A stretch of DNA of 64,000 nucleotides from an uncultured Acidobacteriaceae bacterium (GCA_964236945.1 CAXSGC010000001.1:107341-171340); one strand, 5' to 3'; positions 19,494 through 29,313 are shown, counted from the first letter of the stretch. Translations and numbers: made by a program. Notes: generated from the letters alone by a model not told the origin.

Positions 19494-19809
19494 TGGAGCT
19501 GCGGGCTGTGGGCTCGGAGGAGCGGCTCGGGGGAGGCGGGGCTGGGTAAGTGACTGGAAGGCGGATGGGGGAGTTACGAAAGAGGAAAAGTTTTATCCCT
19601 TTATCGGCAAACATTTTAACAATTTTCCTGTGCAATTGCCGTCGGAGCATCTAGAATCCTGCTCAGTTCCCGTACGGTGCGGATTGCTCTCCCCGCTCTC
19701 TGTCCGGACGGTTCGACCTGGCAATTTTGGGGGCGAATCGTCGATCGCGTGAATGTGTCAAGGCCTTTGGGACGATGATCCCGAGCCTACAAATCAGGGG
19801 TTTTTTCGA

Positions 19810-21252
19810 ATGTCCGCATCTTTGTCGTACTCGATCTCTGCCGCAAGACCCGCAGCTCCCAAATCGCGCATCGGCATTCTTGAACCGGATGCGGACGTCT
19901 TGGAGTATCTGCGTTCGACCCTCACAAAATACGCTCTCGAGCCTTTCTCCGAACCCGAGGATCTGGTTGCCGCGCTGGGGAGGGGAGCGGGTCTGGACAT
20001 GCTCCTGCTGGCGCAGCAGACCCATGAGAACCCCGTGCCTTTGCTGGGCAAGATCCGGTCGGCGTGTCCGCAGCTGCCGATCATTGTGCTGTCGTGCTCG
20101 GCCGAACTGAGGGATCTGGAGGCGGTGATCCGTCTGGGGGTGCGCGGGATTGTGATGAAGCCGTTTCTCGGCTCGGACGTGGAGGCGGCGATCGAGGAGC
20201 ATCTGGCTCTTCTGGACCGGCGGCCTCTCCTGGACGATCCCAAGGAGATCCAGCTGACGGAGACGTACTCGTTTGTGCGATCGAGCAAGCGGATGCGGGA
20301 GTTGGAGGCGCAGGCTTCGCTGGTGGCGCGGGCGGATATCCCGGTGCTGATTCTGGGGGAAAGCGGGACCGGCAAGGAAGTGTTGGCGCTGTTTACGCAC
20401 AAGATGTCGGCGCGCAGCCAGCACACATTTCTGAAGGTGAACTGTGCCGCGGTGCCGGCGGATCTGCTCGAAAGCGAGCTGTTCGGCTACGAGCAGGGAG
20501 CGTTTACGGGAGCGGTAAAGACGAAGCCGGGCAAGTTCGAGATTTGTACGGGGGGAACGATCTTTCTGGACGAGATCGGCGAGATGCCGGCCATCTTGCA
20601 GGCGAAGCTGTTGCAGGTGCTGCAGGATGGGACGTTTTCGCGGCTGGGCAGCCGGTCGCCGATGAAGGTGGACGTGCGTGTGATTGCGGCGACCAACATC
20701 AATATGAAGGAGGCGATGGCGCAGAAGACGTTTCGCGAGGATCTTTACTATCGCCTGAATGGATTTACGTTGAGCATTCCGGCGCTCCGGCATCGGCGCG
20801 AGGAGATCCCTGTTCTGTCGCAGTTTTTCATGCGCAAGGCGGCGCAGAGGTACGGTCGGGAGCCGCTGTACTTTTCGGCGGCGCTGATGGAAGCTTTGAC
20901 CGAGTATCCTTGGCCGGGCAATATTCGGGAGCTGCAGAACGTGATCAACCGGTATCTGGTGCTGGGGGATGAGCGGTCGATTCTCGACGACCTTGCCGTG
21001 GAGATCCGGGCGACGGCGCCTGTGTCGGCCGGCGGCGGCGGCGGCGGGGCGGAAGCGCCCGGGGCGAGCGGCGGCGGCCTGAAGCAGATGGTGCGCAGCC
21101 TGAAAGGCGAGGCGGAAGCCACGGCCATACAGCAGGTGTTGGAGGAGGTTGGATGGAACCGCAAGGCGGCAGCAAACGATCTGCAGATCAGCTACAAGGC
21201 TCTGCTTTACAAGATCAAGCAGTACGACTTGTCTCCGCCCAGCCGGGTGTAG
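19810..21252 (+). CDS. Sigma-54 enhancer-binding protein with degenerate (pseudo) receiver domain
   Basis: REC-like N-terminus (RIGILEPD, DMLLLAQ, VMKPF); GESGTGKE, GAFTGA, FLDEIGEM, WPGNIRELQN; C-terminal HTH. Confidence 0.93.
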   Translation: MSASLSYSISAARPAAPKSRIGILEPDADVLEYLRSTLTKYALEPFSEPEDLVAALGRGAGLDMLLLAQQTHENPVPLLGKIRSACPQLPIIVLSCSAELRDLEAVIRLGVRGIVMKPFLGSDVEAAIEEHLALLDRRPLLDDPKEIQLTETYSFVRSSKRMRELEAQASLVARADIPVLILGESGTGKEVLALFTHKMSARSQHTFLKVNCAAVPADLLESELFGYEQGAFTGAVKTKPGKFEICTGGTIFLDEIGEMPAILQAKLLQVLQDGTFSRLGSRSPMKVDVRVIAATNINMKEAMAQKTFREDLYYRLNGFTLSIPALRHRREEIPVLSQFFMRKAAQRYGREPLYFSAALMEALTEYPWPGNIRELQNVINRYLVLGDERSILDDLAVEIRATAPVSAGGGGGGAEAPGASGGGLKQMVRSLKGEAEATAIQQVLEEVGWNRKAAANDLQISYKALLYKIKQYDLSPPSRV

Positions 21253-21266
21253 CACAGCGGCTCCCG

Positions 21267-21743
21267 GTGGGTGAAGTGTTGTACCGCGTCGTCATCCGGT
21301 TTGAGGATCATGCGGTTCGCGGGTTTGCGCGAGCGAGCGATCTGGGATCGATCGAGCAGATGCTGCGCAACGATCCGCAGCATCCCCTGGAGTCGATCCG
21401 GCTGCAGATGCTCGACGGCGAGACGACGGAGCAGGTGGACACGCGGGAGGCCAAGGCGATCTTCTTTGTGAAGACGTTTGACGGCGACACGCGGCATCGT
21501 CCGCTGCATTTTCACGAGAACACGCCCATCATGGAAGGTCTGTGGGTGCGGGTGTGCTTCAACGATAGCGAGACGATCGAAGGCATCATCAGCAACACGC
21601 ACGACCATGTGCTGGGCAGCGGATTTTTTATGATGCCGACCGACCCGAACGGCAACAACAAGCTGATCTATGTGCTGAAGAGCCGGTTGAGCAATTTCAA
21701 TGTGCTTGGGCTGCGGAAGGCTCCGCGGGTGCCGGAGTTTTAG
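21267..21743 (+). CDS. Small uncharacterised protein resembling the DUF6982 family
   Basis: GTG start 15 nt after the activator stop. VVIRFEDHAVRG, KAIFFVKTFDG, VRVCFNDSETIEG, GFFMMPTDPNGNN; family assignment from recall, unverified. Confidence 0.7.
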   Translation: MGEVLYRVVIRFEDHAVRGFARASDLGSIEQMLRNDPQHPLESIRLQMLDGETTEQVDTREAKAIFFVKTFDGDTRHRPLHFHENTPIMEGLWVRVCFNDSETIEGIISNTHDHVLGSGFFMMPTDPNGNNKLIYVLKSRLSNFNVLGLRKAPRVPEF

Positions 21744-21778
21744 GGCAGATTCCCTGTCGATAGAGCCGACCCTTGTGG

Positions 21779-21860
21779 CGGGCCTTCAGCCCTCTTCCGA
21801 GTTTCCCGTCTTTTACCTAGGGCTTCGCCCCAGGCTGGTATATGCCCGGGCCTTCAGCCC
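21779..21860. repeat. REP-like doublet between convergent genes
   Basis: CGGGCCTTCAGCCC at 21779 and 21847, flanking the hairpin CCTAGGGCTTCGCCCCAGG. Confidence 0.7.
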
Positions 21861-21909
21861 GCAAGACGAGGAGCTACGGGCATCGAAGGACCGCTCTAAC
21901 TACAGTTTT

Positions 21910-22860
21910 CTACGCGGGGATGGAGCTGCTTTCTCGCGCCCAGCGGATGGTTTTGTCGAGGCCGAAGGCGAGGTCGGCGGTGGGCTTGTAGCCGAAGGTC
22001 TGCTCGGCGAGCGAGATGTCGGCGACGGAGTGTTTGATGTCGCCGGCGCGCTCGGGCGCGAAGTTGAGGTTGCCAGTGTAGCCGGTGATGCGCTTGATTT
22101 CGCGGAAGGCGTCGACGAGGGTGGTGCGCTGGCCGGTGGCGATGTTGAAGACGCGACCGGAGACCGGGCCGGAGCTTTTGGCGGCGAGGAGATTGGCGCT
22201 GACGACGTTGTCGATGTAGGTGAAGTCGCGGCTGGTGAGGCCGTCGCCGAAGACGGTGGGGGTGTCGCCGGCGAGCATCTGCGAGATGAAGCGGGCGAGC
22301 ACGCCGGAGTATTGGCTCGTCGGGTCCTGACGCGGTCCGAAGATGTTGAAGTAGCGGAGAGCGACGGTTTCGAGGCCGAACATGCGGGTGTAGGCGGCCA
22401 GGTAGTGCTCGCCGGCGAGCTTCTGGACGGCGTAGGCGGAGATGGGCGAGGGGGCCATGCTCTCGGATTTGGGGAGTTCGGGGCTGTCGCCGTACGCGGC
22501 CGAGGAGGCGGCGTAGAGGACGCGGCGGACCCCGGCGTGGCGGCTGGCTTCAAGGACGTGGAGGGTGCCGTCGAGGTTGGGGGCGTTGGTGCCGATGGGG
22601 TCTTCGACCGACTTGGGGACGGAGGGGATGGCGGCTTCGTGGAAGATGTAGTCGACGCCCTGAGCGGCGGAGCGGAGGTCGTCGCGATCGAGGATGTCGG
22701 CGTGGCGGAAGTCGATCGCGCGGCGGATCTCGCTGATGTTTTCGAGCGATCCGGTGGACAGGTTGTCGATGCCGCGGACCTCGGCGCCTTCCGCCAGAAG
22801 AGCGCGGGCGAGCGAGGATCCGATGAAGCCGGCGATACCGGTGATGAGGACGCGTGCCAT
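21910..22860 (-). CDS. NAD-dependent epimerase/dehydratase (UDP-glucose/UDP-GlcNAc 4-epimerase-like)
   Basis: MARVLITGIAGFIGS Rossmann motif, YAASSAAYG, YAVQK catalytic motif, LRYFNIFGPRQ. Confidence 0.94.
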   Translation of the reverse strand: MARVLITGIAGFIGSSLARALLAEGAEVRGIDNLSTGSLENISEIRRAIDFRHADILDRDDLRSAAQGVDYIFHEAAIPSVPKSVEDPIGTNAPNLDGTLHVLEASRHAGVRRVLYAASSAAYGDSPELPKSESMAPSPISAYAVQKLAGEHYLAAYTRMFGLETVALRYFNIFGPRQDPTSQYSGVLARFISQMLAGDTPTVFGDGLTSRDFTYIDNVVSANLLAAKSSGPVSGRVFNIATGQRTTLVDAFREIKRITGYTGNLNFAPERAGDIKHSVADISLAEQTFGYKPTADLAFGLDKTIRWARESSSIPA

Positions 22861-23025
22861 GGGTTTTGAGGTCTCCTTGCGGCTCGGATGGGAGATCCGG
22901 GTTGCTCGGAGATATCGTACCCCGAGAGGTCGGGTCTGCAATGCCCGAATATGGGGATGGCGCGATTGCGGGGTTTGGTGTTGGTTGAGGCGGCTCCGGG
23001 CTGCCGGGTTTTGTTGCGGCGAGAG

Positions 23026-23150
23026 CCCAGGCTACTCCGGAACCTGCCAGGCTACTCCGGAACTTGCCAGGCTACTCCGGAACCTGCCGGGCTACTCCGG
23101 GACCTGCCAGGCTACTCCGGGACCTGCCAGGCTACTCCGGGACCTGCCAG
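23026..23150. repeat. Six-copy 20-bp tandem array derived from the 3' end of the lipoprotein gene
   Basis: GCTACTCCGG recurs at 23031, 23051, 23071, 23091, 23111 and 23131; unit approximately CCAGGCTACTCCGG(A/G)ACCTG. Confidence 0.95.
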
Positions 23151-23671
23151 CCCACGCCGGTCTGGGCGAGGGTGAGGGTTGCGGGGGTGGGCGCGTCGAT
23201 GTTCTTGGCGGCCTCGGGGAAGGCCTTCTGCACGTCGGGGGATTTGGCCCAGACGGGGACGTCTACGAGCGTGTAACGGTAGGTGACCTTGCTCTCGTTG
23301 AAGCCGTCGGGGGCTTTGGCGGGCGGTGTGGAGCCGTCGATGCCGGCGATGCGGCGGAAGCCGTAGCAGAAGCGCGGGGCGGATTTTTTTCCGTAGTCGG
23401 AGACGGTGTAGCGGGTGACGTGGATGGCGGGCTCGGTCTCGTGGTTGAGGAGTTTGGAGCCGACGAGGGTGTCGAGCTGCTTGATTTCGGCGGGGTTGGA
23501 GGTCTCGTAGGGGAAGCGGAGGGCGGTCTGGTAGAGGCAGTCGGGGTGGTCGACGAGGTACTTTGCGATGCCTTTGGTGAAGTTTTCAGGCGTGGGCGCG
23601 GAGGCCGATTTGCAGCCGGAGAGGACGAGGGCGGTGAGGGCGAGGGCGCCGGTGAGGCGAAGAAGATTCAT
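23132..23671 (-). CDS. Hypothetical lipoprotein
   Basis: MNLLRLTGALALTALVLSGC signal peptide with lipobox LSGC. Confidence 0.8.
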   Translation of the reverse strand: MNLLRLTGALALTALVLSGCKSASAPTPENFTKGIAKYLVDHPDCLYQTALRFPYETSNPAEIKQLDTLVGSKLLNHETEPAIHVTRYTVSDYGKKSAPRFCYGFRRIAGIDGSTPPAKAPDGFNESKVTYRYTLVDVPVWAKSPDVQKAFPEAAKNIDAPTPATLTLAQTGVGWQVPE

Positions 23672-23703
23672 GTGAGGTTCAGGATATGCGAAAGACGCGA
23701 TAA

Positions 23704-23853
23704 GCGAGATCCGGTTTCTCTGCTCCGGTCTGCTTGCTCCGCTCGGAGCGAGATGACAAGGGTTGTGGGTTTGGGCGAAAGCGGTTCGCGCGTGTCCGCG
23801 CGAATACCCCACCCTTCATGACGGTGAAGCTGTCGTGGAGGATGGGGCACCCA
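23704..23853. repeat. Cluster of two REP-like palindromic elements
   Basis: GAGATCC...GATGACAA at 23704-23759, and CCCCACCCTTCATGAC...GTCGTGGAGGATGGGGCACCC at 23807-23853; the latter overlaps the last codons of the oxidase gene. Confidence 0.6.
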
Positions 23854-25108
23854 AGGACGGCCGCATGCGGTTGTAGAGCTCCTGGAGGGTGCGGACGCCG
23901 GCTTCGGCTTCGGGGCGGTCGGGTTGTTCGTTGATGTCGTTCCAGCCGGTGTCGTCGCCTTGCGGGCTGGGCTGGACGACGATGCCGTCGCGGCGGGCGA
24001 CGACGTTGAGATCTTTGTAGAGCAGGCTGTAGTTGACGCCGTCCTGCGGGATGAGCCAGGCGATCTGGCCGCGCACGGGGACGATGCTTTCGTCGCTCCA
24101 GAGCGCGCGGGCGCCGTAGCCGGTGCAGTTGAGGATGAGTGTTTCGGGCAGTGCGGCGAGGTCGGCGGGGGTGTGGAATTCGCGGGTTTCGATGCGTCCG
24201 CCGGCGATCTGGAACTCCTCGACGAGAGCGCGCGCGTAGCCGGCGATGTTGAAGGTGAGGGTGGAGGAGCGGCGGACGGAGCGGGTGGGAAAGGGCGTGG
24301 AGCCGGGGGGCATCTCCTGGGGGCGCGGCGTGAGGTCGCGGATGCGGTCGCGGAGGCGGATGAAGCCGTGGCTGTCGCCTGAGTCGGCGGGAGTTGAGGC
24401 AGGGCCGGAGGGCGAGTCGGAGGGCGGGTTGTCGCTGAGGGAGTAGCGGTCGGTCCACTCGATGGGTGTGCCGGGCGAGCCGAGATAGCTTTGGTAGAGG
24501 GAGAAGGAGCTGCGGGCCATGCGCTCCCACTCGGCGGCGAAGCCGGGCGGGGCGGCGGAGGTGAGGGCGATGCGGGAGTCGGGGGTCCAGGAGCCGGTGG
24601 CGCGGGCGGAGCGCACGTAGGGTGGGCGTTCACGGGCGTAGACGGTGACGCGCAGGCCCATCCGCTGGGCGGTGAGCGCCGCTGTGAGACCGAGAGCGCC
24701 GCAGCCGAGGACGGCGCAGGATCGAACGTCGCCGGAGGTGGCTTCGAGGGCGCGGCGGACGACGAGGTCGGCGGAGCCCCAGGAGAGCGACCAACCGCTG
24801 CCGCCGTGGCCGTAGTTGTGCACGACGATCTTGTCGGCGACGCGTTCGACGTCGAGCCGGGGGCCGGCGGCGCGGAAGGGGCGGAGGCAGACGGTGATGC
24901 GGAAGATGCGGTCGAGGTCGGCGCGGATGGGGGTGATGGGGCCGGGGAGGTCGTAGAACGGGAGGTTGGGAGCGGTCTGGGCGAGGGTCTGGGCGGCGGC
25001 TGCGGACGGGGGCCTGTGGGCGGAGGCGCAACCGGCGAGGCCGAGGGATTCGAGGGCGCCCGCACCGGCGAGGGCGCCTGCCTGCTGCAGGAAGAGACGA
25101 CGATTCAT
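23816..25108 (-). CDS. FAD-dependent oxidoreductase, D-amino-acid-oxidase family, with Tat signal and lipobox
   Basis: MNRRLFLQQAGALAG...LAGC; CLRPFR, VHNYGHGGSGWSLSWG, VLGCGALG, LNCTGYGA, VPVRGQ. Confidence 0.88.
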   Translation of the reverse strand: MNRRLFLQQAGALAGAGALESLGLAGCASAHRPPSAAAAQTLAQTAPNLPFYDLPGPITPIRADLDRIFRITVCLRPFRAAGPRLDVERVADKIVVHNYGHGGSGWSLSWGSADLVVRRALEATSGDVRSCAVLGCGALGLTAALTAQRMGLRVTVYARERPPYVRSARATGSWTPDSRIALTSAAPPGFAAEWERMARSSFSLYQSYLGSPGTPIEWTDRYSLSDNPPSDSPSGPASTPADSGDSHGFIRLRDRIRDLTPRPQEMPPGSTPFPTRSVRRSSTLTFNIAGYARALVEEFQIAGGRIETREFHTPADLAALPETLILNCTGYGARALWSDESIVPVRGQIAWLIPQDGVNYSLLYKDLNVVARRDGIVVQPSPQGDDTGWNDINEQPDRPEAEAGVRTLQELYNRMRPSLGAPSSTTASPS

Positions 25109-25311
25109 CTGGCCTGTGTCCTCCAGGTTGCGGGGTGAGAGCGATATAGCCGATGGTTGGTGGTTTGAAGGTATCAGAGGCTCCGTTGAAATCTGGAGGT
25201 TTTTCACCGAGCTGAAAGGGCGATCGTACGCGGCGAGAGCAACGGCTGGATCGCGGTGTTCGTCACATAGGACACACCTCAGCATGTGAGGGGTCAGGTA
25301 CGGGGTGATGT

Positions 25312-26532
25312 TTGCGCATTCTGGTGATCAATAGCGGATCGTCTTCCATCAAGTTTTCGGTGTACCGGGCGGGTGGCGCTGGGGCTGATGGTGGGGCTGG
25401 CGGCGCGCCGGAGATGGTGGCCGAGGGCGAGGCGAGCGGGATCGGGACCGATGGTGCGAAGTTTCGGTTTCGGGATGCGGCGGGCGCGGATGTGAGCGGG
25501 GGCGCGACGCTGGCAACCGGGGCGACGGCGGAGCAGGCGGCAGCCGCCGTGGCGGACGCGGTGAGCCGGCCGGGCGACGAGCGGGTGGATGCGGTGGGGT
25601 ACCGTGTGGTGCATCCTGGGGCCAAGCTGACGGCGCATGTACGCGTGACGGCGGAGGTGCTGGACGATCTGCGGGCGGCGGCGGCGTTCGCTCCGCTCCA
25701 TGATCCGGCGGCGGTGCGGCTGATCGAGGAGATGCAGCGGAGGTTTCCTGAGGCGGGGCACTTTGCTTGTTTCGACACGGTGTTTCACGAGACGATGCCG
25801 GAGCCGGCGAAGCGGTATGCGCTGCCGGAGGAGCTGCGTGCGGCGGGGGTGCGGAGGTACGGGTTTCATGGGCTTTCGTGCGAGTCGGTGGTCTGGCAGA
25901 TGCGGGAGGCGGGGATCCTGCCGCGGCGGCTGGTGATGGCGCACCTGGGGAGCGGATGCAGTGTGACGGCGATCGTGGACGGGCGATCGGTCGAGAACAC
26001 GATGGGTCTGACGCCCACGGGCGGCGTGGTGATGGGGACGCGGCCGGGGGATCTCGACCCGGGGGTGGTGCTGTATCTGTTGCGGCAGCAGAAGGGGGAT
26101 GTCGGCGCGGCGGTGGATGCGGTCGAGGGGATGCTGAATCACGATGCGGGGGTGCATGCGGTTTCGGGCATGGGCAACGATATGAAGAAGGTGCGGGAGG
26201 CGGCCGAGGCCGGCGACGATCGGGCGCGGATGGCTGTCGAGGTATTTACGCGCAGCGTGCGGAAGGCGATTGGGAGCTATGTGGCGCTGATGGGCGGTGT
26301 GGATGGCATGGTGTTCGCGGGCGGCATTGGGGAGAACGATGCTCGGTCGCGGAAAGAAGTTCTGTCTGGGTTGGGCGCAATGGGCATCGAACTGGAGGAG
26401 GGTCGCAATCTGGCGCGGGGTTCCGGCCCCCGGGAGATTGGCCGGGAGGGCGCGGCGACGAGGGTATGGGTGGTGCCGGCCGACGAGGACGGGACGATCG
26501 CCCGGCATGTGGTTGAGATGGCACGTGGTTGA
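25312..26532 (+). CDS. ackA: Acetate/propionate kinase
   Basis: LVINSGSSSIKF, YRVVHPG, APLHDP, FDTVFH, RRYGFHGLS, HLGSG, MGTRPGDLDP, FAGGIGEN. Confidence 0.95.
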   Translation: MRILVINSGSSSIKFSVYRAGGAGADGGAGGAPEMVAEGEASGIGTDGAKFRFRDAAGADVSGGATLATGATAEQAAAAVADAVSRPGDERVDAVGYRVVHPGAKLTAHVRVTAEVLDDLRAAAAFAPLHDPAAVRLIEEMQRRFPEAGHFACFDTVFHETMPEPAKRYALPEELRAAGVRRYGFHGLSCESVVWQMREAGILPRRLVMAHLGSGCSVTAIVDGRSVENTMGLTPTGGVVMGTRPGDLDPGVVLYLLRQQKGDVGAAVDAVEGMLNHDAGVHAVSGMGNDMKKVREAAEAGDDRARMAVEVFTRSVRKAIGSYVALMGGVDGMVFAGGIGENDARSRKEVLSGLGAMGIELEEGRNLARGSGPREIGREGAATRVWVVPADEDGTIARHVVEMARG

Positions 26533-26597
26533 GATGGCTGTAGTTGAGATGGCACGTGGTTGAGATGGCTGTAGTTGAGATGGCTGTAGTTGAGATA
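26512..26597. repeat. Six-unit 15/16-bp tandem array spanning the ackA stop codon
   Basis: GTTGAGATGGCACGTG (16 bp) and GTTGAGATGGCTGTA (15 bp) units in order 16, 15, 16, 15, 15, partial. Confidence 0.92.
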
Positions 26598-26677
26598 CCG
26601 GGCTGTAACATCCCCGGCGCAGCATAGAAATTTAGCTTGAGGATTTGGGAAGAGCAGCACAAGGGAGATCGACACCG

Positions 26678-29146
26678 ATGAGCGCATCGACCGTACCGGC
26701 GATTGAGCCGAATCAGGGGCAGGCTGCAGAGAAGACTGCAGGGGCAGAGAACGGTGCGTCCTCGGCGCAGACAGAGGGGCCGAAGACGCTGGGCGCCGAT
26801 GAGTTGCGGCGCATGGATGGGTACTGGCGGGCGTGCAATTACCTGTGCGGCGCGATGCTGTATCTGCAGGAGAATCCGCTCCTGCGCGAGCCGCTGGAGG
26901 TGGAGCAGATCAAGCAGCGTCTGCTGGGGCACTGGGGAACGGACCCCGGGCAGACGTTTACCTGGGTGCACCTGAACCGGGTGATCAAGAAGTTCGATCT
27001 CGACATGATTTATATCGCGGGGCCGGGGCACGGAGCGCCGGCGACGCTGTCGAACAGCTATCTGGAGGGCGTGTACTCGGAGGTGTATCCGGAGAAGAGC
27101 CGGGACGTCGCCGGGATGCAGAAGTTCCTGAAGGAGTTTTCGTTTCCGGGGGGGATTGGAAGCCACTGCACGCCGGAGACGCCGGGGTCGATCCACGAGG
27201 GCGGCGAGCTGGGATACAGCGTTGGGCATGCGTTTGGGGCGGCGTTCGACAATCCGGACCTGATCGTTGCGGTGATGGTGGGCGACGGCGAGGCGGAGAC
27301 CGGACCTCTGGCGACGAGCTGGCACTCCAACAAATTTCTGAACGCGGCGCGCGACGGCGCGGTGCTGCCGATCCTGCACCTGAACGGCTACAAGATCGCC
27401 AATCCGACGTTGCTGGCGCGCCTTCCCGGCGAAGAGTTGGAGATGCTGTTCAAGGGCTACGGATGGACGCCGTACTTCGTCGAGGGCGACGATCCGGAGC
27501 GGATGCACCAGCGCATGGCGGAGGTGGTGGAGCAGTGCGTGACGGAGATCCGGTCGATCCAGGACGCGGCGCGCAAGGAGCCGGCGAACGATGCTCCGCG
27601 GGCGAAGTGGCCGATGATTATCCTGCGCAGTCCGAAGGGTTGGACGGGGCCGAAGTATGTGGACGGGCACAAGGTGGAGAATTTCTGGCGGGCGCACCAG
27701 ATCCCGTTGACCGATCCACGGACGCACCCCGAGGAGTTCAAGCAATTGGAAGAGTGGCTGCGAAGCTACCGTCCGGAGGAGTTGTTCGACGAGAGCGGGC
27801 GTTTGAAGGCGGAGTATGCGGCGATGGCTCCCGAGGGTGAGCGCCGGATCAGCGCGAACCCGCACGCGAACGGGGGCAAGCTGCGCAAGCCGCTCGATCT
27901 TCCGGACTTTCGCGACTACGCGGTAAAGGTGGAGAAGCCGGGCCAGACGATGATCTCGCCGACGGCGACGCTGGCCAAGTTTTTACGCGATGTGATGCGG
28001 CAGAACATGACGAGCTTCCGGGTGTTCGGGCCGGACGAGACGGCGTCGAATAAGCTGCAGGCGATCTACGAGGTGAGCAAGAAGACGTGGCTGGAAGAGG
28101 AGTTGCCGGCGGACGAGGACGGCAGCCAGCTGGCGCGCAACGGGCGTGTGATGGAGATGCTGAGCGAGACGACGTTGGAGGGCTGGTTCGAGGGGTATGT
28201 GCTGACGGGACGGCACGGCCTTTTGAACACCTATGAGGCGTTTATTCACATCATCGACTCGATGTTCAACCAGCATGCGAAGTGGCTGGAGAAGAGCAAG
28301 GACCTGAAGTGGCGAGCGCCGATTTCGTCGATCAATCTCCTGATCTCCTCGGTGGTGTGGCGGCAGGATCATAATGGGTTTTCGCACCAGGATCCTGGGT
28401 TTCTGGATGTGGTGACGAACAAGAGCGCTTCGGTAACGCGCATCTATCTTCCGCCCGATGCGAACTGTTTGTTGAGTGTCGGGGACCACTGCCTGCGCAG
28501 CACGGACTACGTCAACGTGATCGTCGCGGACAAGCAGGAGCACCCGGTCTATCTGGACATGGCTGCCGCGATCGAGCATTGCACCAAGGGCATCGGCATC
28601 TGGGACTTTGCCAGCAACGACAGCGGCGACGAGCCGGACGTGGTGATGGCGAGTTGCGGCGATGTGATGACGGCGGAGGCTCTGGCGGCGGTGGCGATCC
28701 TGCGGGAGCGCTGCCCGGAGGTGAAGATCCGGTTTGTAAATGTGGTCGATCTGTTCAAGCTGCAGTCGAACCTCCAGCATCCGCACGGCCTGACGGATCG
28801 GGACTTCGATTCGCTGTTTACGCTGGACAAGCCGGTAATCTTCAACTTTCACGGCTATCCGTGGCTGATCCACAAGATGACGTATCAGCGGAACAATCAC
28901 GAGAACATGCACGTGCATGGGTACAAGGAGAAGGGCAACATCAACACGCCGCTGGAGCTGGCGATCCTCAACCAGGCCGACCGGTTTACACTGGCGATCG
29001 ATGTGATCGACCGTGTGCCGAAGCTGCGGCAGACGGCGGCGCATACCAAGGAGTGGCTGCGCGGGCAGATCATCGAGAGTGTGAACTACGCACACGAGTT
29101 CGGGATCGACCGGCCGGAGACGCGCGACTGGAAGTGGCCGATCTAG
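26678..29146 (+). CDS. xfp: Phosphoketolase (xylulose-5-P / fructose-6-P)
   Basis: [59 protein letters not shown]. Confidence 0.97.
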   Translation: MSASTVPAIEPNQGQAAEKTAGAENGASSAQTEGPKTLGADELRRMDGYWRACNYLCGAMLYLQENPLLREPLEVEQIKQRLLGHWGTDPGQTFTWVHLNRVIKKFDLDMIYIAGPGHGAPATLSNSYLEGVYSEVYPEKSRDVAGMQKFLKEFSFPGGIGSHCTPETPGSIHEGGELGYSVGHAFGAAFDNPDLIVAVMVGDGEAETGPLATSWHSNKFLNAARDGAVLPILHLNGYKIANPTLLARLPGEELEMLFKGYGWTPYFVEGDDPERMHQRMAEVVEQCVTEIRSIQDAARKEPANDAPRAKWPMIILRSPKGWTGPKYVDGHKVENFWRAHQIPLTDPRTHPEEFKQLEEWLRSYRPEELFDESGRLKAEYAAMAPEGERRISANPHANGGKLRKPLDLPDFRDYAVKVEKPGQTMISPTATLAKFLRDVMRQNMTSFRVFGPDETASNKLQAIYEVSKKTWLEEELPADEDGSQLARNGRVMEMLSETTLEGWFEGYVLTGRHGLLNTYEAFIHIIDSMFNQHAKWLEKSKDLKWRAPISSINLLISSVVWRQDHNGFSHQDPGFLDVVTNKSASVTRIYLPPDANCLLSVGDHCLRSTDYVNVIVADKQEHPVYLDMAAAIEHCTKGIGIWDFASNDSGDEPDVVMASCGDVMTAEALAAVAILRERCPEVKIRFVNVVDLFKLQSNLQHPHGLTDRDFDSLFTLDKPVIFNFHGYPWLIHKMTYQRNNHENMHVHGYKEKGNINTPLELAILNQADRFTLAIDVIDRVPKLRQTAAHTKEWLRGQIIESVNYAHEFGIDRPETRDWKWPI

Positions 29147-29177
29147 GGTCCCTTCAGTACTACGCCAGGCGGTAAGT

Positions 29178-29313
29178 CTAATAGCTTGTTAAGAACAAGA
29201 GTGGAAGGCGAATGGCGTACCTCAGCGGCTAAAGCCGCACCGCAAAGCAAAGCATTCCGGCACAGCTGAAGCCGTGCCCTTAAGCAAGACGGAGTCTTTC
29301 AACAGACTCCTAA
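29178..29313. mobile_element. 136-bp MITE/REP-like element, copy 2
   Basis: Colinear with 11288-11424; shares GTACCTCAGCGGCTAAAGCCGC, GCTGAAGCCGTGCCCTTAAG and ACGGAGT...TTTCAACA...CCTA. Confidence 0.8.

Noticed and set aside
23132-23146. C-terminal VPE (lipoprotein) and VPEF (21267-21743 protein) as PEP-CTERM-like sorting signals
   Set aside because: Neither is followed by a TM helix and basic tail; both are at the extreme C-terminus.
23026-23150. 20-bp direct repeats as a CRISPR array
   Set aside because: Units are contiguous with no unique spacers, are too short, and no cas genes are present.
26512-26597. 15/16-bp repeats as a CRISPR or mini-array
   Set aside because: Only 4-5 variable bases lie between cores and these recur; it is a tandem repeat.
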